Assembly (NCBI GenBank): GCA_964518625.1
Contig: CAZFHC010000001.1
Span: 111-64,110 of the forward strand
Reading direction: 5' to 3'
Origin: Candidatus Woesearchaeota archaeon
GTDB taxonomy: Archaea; Nanobdellota; Nanobdellia; Pacearchaeales; GW2011-AR1
Length of the DNA: 64,000 nucleotides
Part shown: piece after piece, positions 59,680 through 64,000 of the stretch
Layout of the letters: each line of letters begins with the position of its first letter
Numbering within the stretch: the first letter of the stretch is position 1
Notes under the pieces: generated by a model
Seen by the model: the letters and a program-made list of their open reading frames with translations, nothing else
Told to the model about the DNA's origin: nothing
The model's database searches: none
Made by a program: the position numbers and the translations under genes

Positions 59680-61065
59680 ATGGAAATAAAAATTTTAGGA
59701 GCAGCAAAAGAAGTAACAGGTTCTTGTTATAGCGTCTCAACTACAGATGAGAAAGTATTAGTTGATTGTGGGATGTTCCAAGGTGATGAAGAATTAGAAA
59801 AATTAAATTCTGAGAATTTTGCTTTTGATCCAAAAAGATATGATGCATTGTTGCTAACTCATGCGCATTTAGATCATTGTGGTAGAATCCCTCGTCTAAT
59901 AAGTTCTGGATTTAAGGGAAAAATATATGCAACAGATGCAACTAAAGAATTAGCATTCATAGTAATGGCAGACTCTGCAAAAATTGCAGTAGAAGAAGCT
60001 GAAGATGATAATAAAAAAAGGTTAAAAGGGAATTTACCACAAATAAAACCTGCCTATAATATGAATGATGTAATAAAAGCAATGAAACTATTTGTTATTG
60101 TGAAATATGAAGAATTAATTAAAGTAACAGAACATATATCAGCAAAATTTTATGATGCAGGACATATTTTAGGGTCTTCTTCAATACAGATACTTGTAAA
60201 TGATGGGAGTAAAAAAAAGACAGCAGTTTTTTCTGGAGATCTAGGACAATCAAATTCAATACTTATGAAAAGTATAGAACCTATAACTGATGCGGATTAT
60301 GTTTTTATGGAATCCACCTATGGAGATAGATTACATCAAAATTTAGATGGAAGACGAAAAAAATTAGCACAAGTGATTAATGAAACATATGATAAGGGTG
60401 GGAGACTAATGATCCCGGTTTTTGCAATAGAAAGAACACAAGAAATATTGTATTATATTAGAGAGCTAATGGCAGATGGAATGATTCCTAAAATGCCAGT
60501 TTTTCTAGATTCTCCAATGGCTACACGTGCAACAGAGGTATTTAAGAAATTTCCCATGTATTTTAATGACAAAGTGAAGTTAGAGCTTGAAGAAACAAAT
60601 GATGTTTTTAATTTCCCAGAATTAAAAATAACAAAAGATAGAGCATCTTCTATCGCGATAAATAGTATAAAGACTCCTTGTATAGTCCTCGCAGGAAGCG
60701 GTATGTGTACAGGTGGTAGAATAAAACATCATATATCTAATAATATTGAGAATAAAAATAATACCTTATTGTTTGTTGGTTATCAAGTGAAAGGAACATT
60801 GGGGAATCTCATACAATCAGGAGCAAAATTAATAAGTATATTAGGTAAAAATGTAAAAGTTCTTGCTAGAATAGAATCCGAAGAAGGATTCTCTGCACAT
60901 GCTGATAAAAATGGATTGTTAGAATGGTTGAATAATTTTAAAGGAAACCCAAAAGTATTCTTAATACATGGAGACGAAGAACAACAAATAGCATTAGAAA
61001 AAACTTTAAAAGATAAAGGATTTGATTGCCACATACCTTCGCTAAATGAAGTAATAGATTTATAA
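59680..61065 (+). CDS. MBL-fold beta-CASP ribonuclease
   Basis: GAA.EVTGS, THAHLDHCG, AGHILGS, ESTYG, GSGM.TGGR, FSAHAD, HG.E. Confidence 0.92.
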   Translation: MEIKILGAAKEVTGSCYSVSTTDEKVLVDCGMFQGDEELEKLNSENFAFDPKRYDALLLTHAHLDHCGRIPRLISSGFKGKIYATDATKELAFIVMADSAKIAVEEAEDDNKKRLKGNLPQIKPAYNMNDVIKAMKLFVIVKYEELIKVTEHISAKFYDAGHILGSSSIQILVNDGSKKKTAVFSGDLGQSNSILMKSIEPITDADYVFMESTYGDRLHQNLDGRRKKLAQVINETYDKGGRLMIPVFAIERTQEILYYIRELMADGMIPKMPVFLDSPMATRATEVFKKFPMYFNDKVKLELEETNDVFNFPELKITKDRASSIAINSIKTPCIVLAGSGMCTGGRIKHHISNNIENKNNTLLFVGYQVKGTLGNLIQSGAKLISILGKNVKVLARIESEEGFSAHADKNGLLEWLNNFKGNPKVFLIHGDEEQQIALEKTLKDKGFDCHIPSLNEVIDL

Positions 61066-61155
61066 TATATTTGAAAAAGCTTAATTTAAAAATATTTTAA
61101 TGCCATAATTAAATCTTCAAAGGGAAATATTGTATTTAAGGATAAATAAATCATT

Positions 61156-62268
61156 TTATACCATTCCTAACTTTACTGCTATTAACATCCCAATTCCCAA
61201 TGCTATAATAATAATTCCAGCTATTAAATGTAAAATTTTCAATTTTTTCTGTCGTAATTTTTCAGCTTTTTCTGTTGTTGTAAATCCAAAGAATATTGCT
61301 AAATTAATTAATATCATTGGCGAAATAAAAATAAGGTTATATAATAATAGTAAAAATACTGCATAGGATTTTGTTGTTGCTTGAGATAAAAGTCCTAAAA
61401 TTACAATATATGGACCTGATGTACATGGTAATAAGAAAAGACTTACTACAAATCCTACAGCAAAAGCACCAGGAACAGATGTTACATTTGTTATCAGTTT
61501 TTTCATTTTTGGTCTCCATGAATCTGGGACTTCCATTTTAAACCACCTACCATACCAGAGATAATCCTTTAGATTAAACATACCAATAAAGATTGCTAGA
61601 ATTGCTACAATTAAATAAAAAGTGTGACTAAGTCCTGTAGCTTGGATTGCTGTATAGAGCCCTATACCCATTAAAAAATATGATATAAAAATTGAGGCTG
61701 AGAATGCTAATCCTGCGAATAAAGACTTCTTCTTGTTTTTAGAGACCAAAATTGTTGACATTAAAATGATTAGAACTGCAAATGCACATGGATTGATAGC
61801 ATCAACTAATGCTGCTGATAAAACTGCTGGAATTGTTAATTTTTGTAATTTTGTTTTATTTTTGGTATTTACATTCTGGAGAGGATCTTCACATCCATAA
61901 ATTGAACAATTATTAATTATTTCTTTTATTTTAAGTTTTATATCATTACTAAAACCTACTAATATTTGATCGTCAATAAATATAGTAGGCACACCTTCTA
62001 TAGTATAATTATAATATTTTGCTGTTTGTTGAAATAATTCTCTTTCTTGATCATCATGATATGTTTCATGTTTTTCTATAATTAATGTTGGATATTCATC
62101 TTGAAGTATTACTAATGATTCTAAAGCTTTACCACAATGAGGACACCCTTCGCCATAAAAAATATGTAAGTTTATTTCATTGTCTTCGCTTTCTAATGCA
62201 GATATAAAAGAAATTAAGCTAATTATTAATAAACTTACTATAAATAAATTGAGTATCCCTTTTTTTAT
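61156..62268 (-). CDS. Thioredoxin-domain plus CcdA/DsbD-like membrane redox protein; frame begins at ATA 62268
   Basis: Frame open upstream of 61992 through FYGEGCPHC and a signal peptide IKKGILNLFIVSLLIISLISFISA; DAINPCAF and LLPCTSGPY TM cysteines. Confidence 0.8.
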   Translation of the reverse strand: MKKGILNLFIVSLLIISLISFISALESEDNEINLHIFYGEGCPHCGKALESLVILQDEYPTLIIEKHETYHDDQERELFQQTAKYYNYTIEGVPTIFIDDQILVGFSNDIKLKIKEIINNCSIYGCEDPLQNVNTKNKTKLQKLTIPAVLSAALVDAINPCAFAVLIILMSTILVSKNKKKSLFAGLAFSASIFISYFLMGIGLYTAIQATGLSHTFYLIVAILAIFIGMFNLKDYLWYGRWFKMEVPDSWRPKMKKLITNVTSVPGAFAVGFVVSLFLLPCTSGPYIVILGLLSQATTKSYAVFLLLLYNLIFISPMILINLAIFFGFTTTEKAEKLRQKKLKILHLIAGIIIIALGIGMLIAVKLGMV

Positions 62269-62432
62269 ATGTTAATAATAATCTCAAACTTTAAAAAGCT
62301 TAACAAGACAAACTGGTCCAATAGAATAAATTTTTTAATTTGGGAATAGAAAGTAGTGTTTTAATATTATAATTTTTATCATATAAGTTTTATAACAATT
62401 ATAATTAAAAAGAAAGATTAATATTTTATGTT

Positions 62433-62882
62433 ATGTTTACTCATAGAAATAAGAATAATCTTCATAAAAAACGTGAACCAAAAAAACCAAAAAGCAAAGA
62501 AGATACTCATAAAAATGTTCTAGAAGATATAGCTAATCATCCAGATTTAATAAAAATATGTACATCTCATTTACAAGAAACTGTTAAAGAACCAAGAATA
62601 TTCAAATACTGTAGTAAACATCAAGAGAGTCAATGTGATATAGTTTTTATATATGACAATCAACAAAAAAGATATAGTATACTAGTAGAAATCAAACCAG
62701 ATAAAGAATATCCAAGTATGAAAGCCTATAATCAATTAAAAAATACTAGCAGGATGTATTGTGATAGGAATGGATGTCCAGCAACATATCTGATGATAGT
62801 TTATTATCCATCAATGAAGACAGAAGAATTTTTAGAAAATATATTAGACAGTCATATAAATTACACATATATGAAAAAATAA
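62433..62882 (+). CDS. Hypothetical protein, possible PD-(D/E)XK nuclease fold
   Basis: CDIVF...ILVEIK...A..QL. Confidence 0.45.
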   Translation: MFTHRNKNNLHKKREPKKPKSKEDTHKNVLEDIANHPDLIKICTSHLQETVKEPRIFKYCSKHQESQCDIVFIYDNQQKRYSILVEIKPDKEYPSMKAYNQLKNTSRMYCDRNGCPATYLMIVYYPSMKTEEFLENILDSHINYTYMKK

Positions 62883-64000
62883 TTATTTTTTGTAACAAGA
62901 ATTTTTTATGTGTTTTTTTGCCGCGAATGTTTTTGTAAATTTTAACCAATCTCTTGATGGACCATTAGATTTTGAAGATACAATTATTTCTACTATATCT
63001 TCGTTCTTTAATGTAGTTGACAAAGCTACCATTTTACCATTTACTTTTGCTCCCATACATTTATTCCCAATTTCTGTATGAATCGCATATGCGAAATCTA
63101 CCGGAGTTGAATCTTTTTGTAAATGGATAATTTTGCCTTTTGGAGATTGAACAAATATTTCACCTTCATACAAATCTACCTTAAATGCATTAATTAATTC
63201 TTCATTTGTCATTGAATTACTTTGTTCAATTAATTCTCTTATCTGTTTTAGTTTTGTATCAAAAGAATTCATTTTTATTCTTTTTTCTTTGTAAACCCAA
63301 TGAGCTGAAATCCCAAATTCAGAATTTTTATGCATTTCAAATGTTCTTATTTGTATTTCTACTGGTATTGAATTGAATAGAACAGTTGTATGAAGTGACT
63401 GATATCCATTAAATTTTGGAAGAATTATATAATCTTTAAATCGCCCTATTAATGGAGTAAATTCTTCTTGTATTTTCCCTAAGACTGTATAACATTCTGG
63501 AATAGTCTTTACTAATATTCTAAATGCTATCATATCATAAATTTGACTTAAATCGCAATTTTTATTCATTGTTTTTCTATATATACTATAAATATGTTTT
63601 TTACGTCCCATAACTTCTCCATCAACATTTAATAACTTTAACATAGAAGTAAGATTTTTATTAATTGATGCGATTATTATTTTCGATCCTTTAAACTCTT
63701 CATCAATCTTTGTCTCTATTTTTTCATATATTTTTGGATTTAAAACCTTAAATGACCTATCTTCAAGTTCACTTTTTATCTTTGACAATCCCAAATTTGA
63801 TGCAAGTGGAGCAAAAATATCTAAATTGATTTTAACTTTATATTCTTGTTCTTTTTTTGTATACATATTTATACTTCGCATTTCTGCCAAAGCAAAAGCT
63901 AGTCTAATAAATATAACTCTTATATCTCTTGAAATCGCTAGAAACATACGTCTAATATTTTTGGCTTCGTCTTTTTTATTAGTATTAAGATTCGTTTTAT
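62883..64000 (-). CDS. RelA/SpoT homolog (synthetase + TGS, no ACT domain); 5' end outside window
   Basis: FAPLA..LG, GR.KH.YSIY.K, D.IAFR, RFKDY, NGYQSLHT, EIQIRT, AHW.YK, TGS TPVDFAYAIHT. Confidence 0.92.
   Translation of the reverse strand, partial: KTNLNTNKKDEAKNIRRMFLAISRDIRVIFIRLAFALAEMRSINMYTKKEQEYKVKINLDIFAPLASNLGLSKIKSELEDRSFKVLNPKIYEKIETKIDEEFKGSKIIIASINKNLTSMLKLLNVDGEVMGRKKHIYSIYRKTMNKNCDLSQIYDMIAFRILVKTIPECYTVLGKIQEEFTPLIGRFKDYIILPKFNGYQSLHTTVLFNSIPVEIQIRTFEMHKNSEFGISAHWVYKEKRIKMNSFDTKLKQIRELIEQSNSMTNEELINAFKVDLYEGEIFVQSPKGKIIHLQKDSTPVDFAYAIHTEIGNKCMGAKVNGKMVALSTTLKNEDIVEIIVSSKSNGPSRDWLKFTKTFAAKKHIKNSCYKK

Noticed and set aside
2818..62949. Many short antisense or overlapping ORFs in the track (e.g. 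2818-3129, 6564-6992, 8092-8547, 44894-45322, 56385-56673)
   Set aside because: They shadow well-supported genes and have Phe/Leu/Ile/Ser-rich composition typical of non-coding frames.
1..64000. rRNA, tRNA, CRISPR array, transposase or integrase
   Set aside because: I saw no cloverleaf/T-loop signature, regularly spaced repeats or recombinase motifs; read by eye only.

Overview
Very AT-rich, gene-dense chromosome segment of a small-genome archaeon, most likely DPANN (Pacearchaeota/Woesearchaeota-like; this placement is an inference). Archaeal markers are eS19, eL39, eL31, eL35A, uL16/L10e, PCNA, Rpp30, class I LysRS, archaeal TrpRS, TrmY, class III signal-peptide pilins, and TATA boxes about 29 nt upstream of leaderless ATGs. 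The left half is mostly housekeeping genes with single-gene insertions, including a form II/III RuBisCO and a bacterial sigma-70-type factor that sits next to PCNA under an archaeal BRE/TATA promoter. The right half (about 34-64 kb) is accessory and stress-related. It holds a 7TM-sensor/winged-helix module with a repeated palindromic operator (AATGGAC-N5-GTCCATT) in front of an ABC exporter, a PadR/MMPL operon, a minimal G6PD, a frameshifted Fic gene, peroxiredoxin, dinB, a DEAD-box helicase with RluF, a candidate rod-shaped ncRNA, dnaK-grpE, ccdA with an ATA start, and a RelA/SpoT synthetase with a degenerate hydrolase motif. Strand-specific codon bias appears to reverse near 54 kb. I saw no rRNA, tRNA, CRISPR array or transposase. 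All calls come from reading motifs by eye; no database searches were run.
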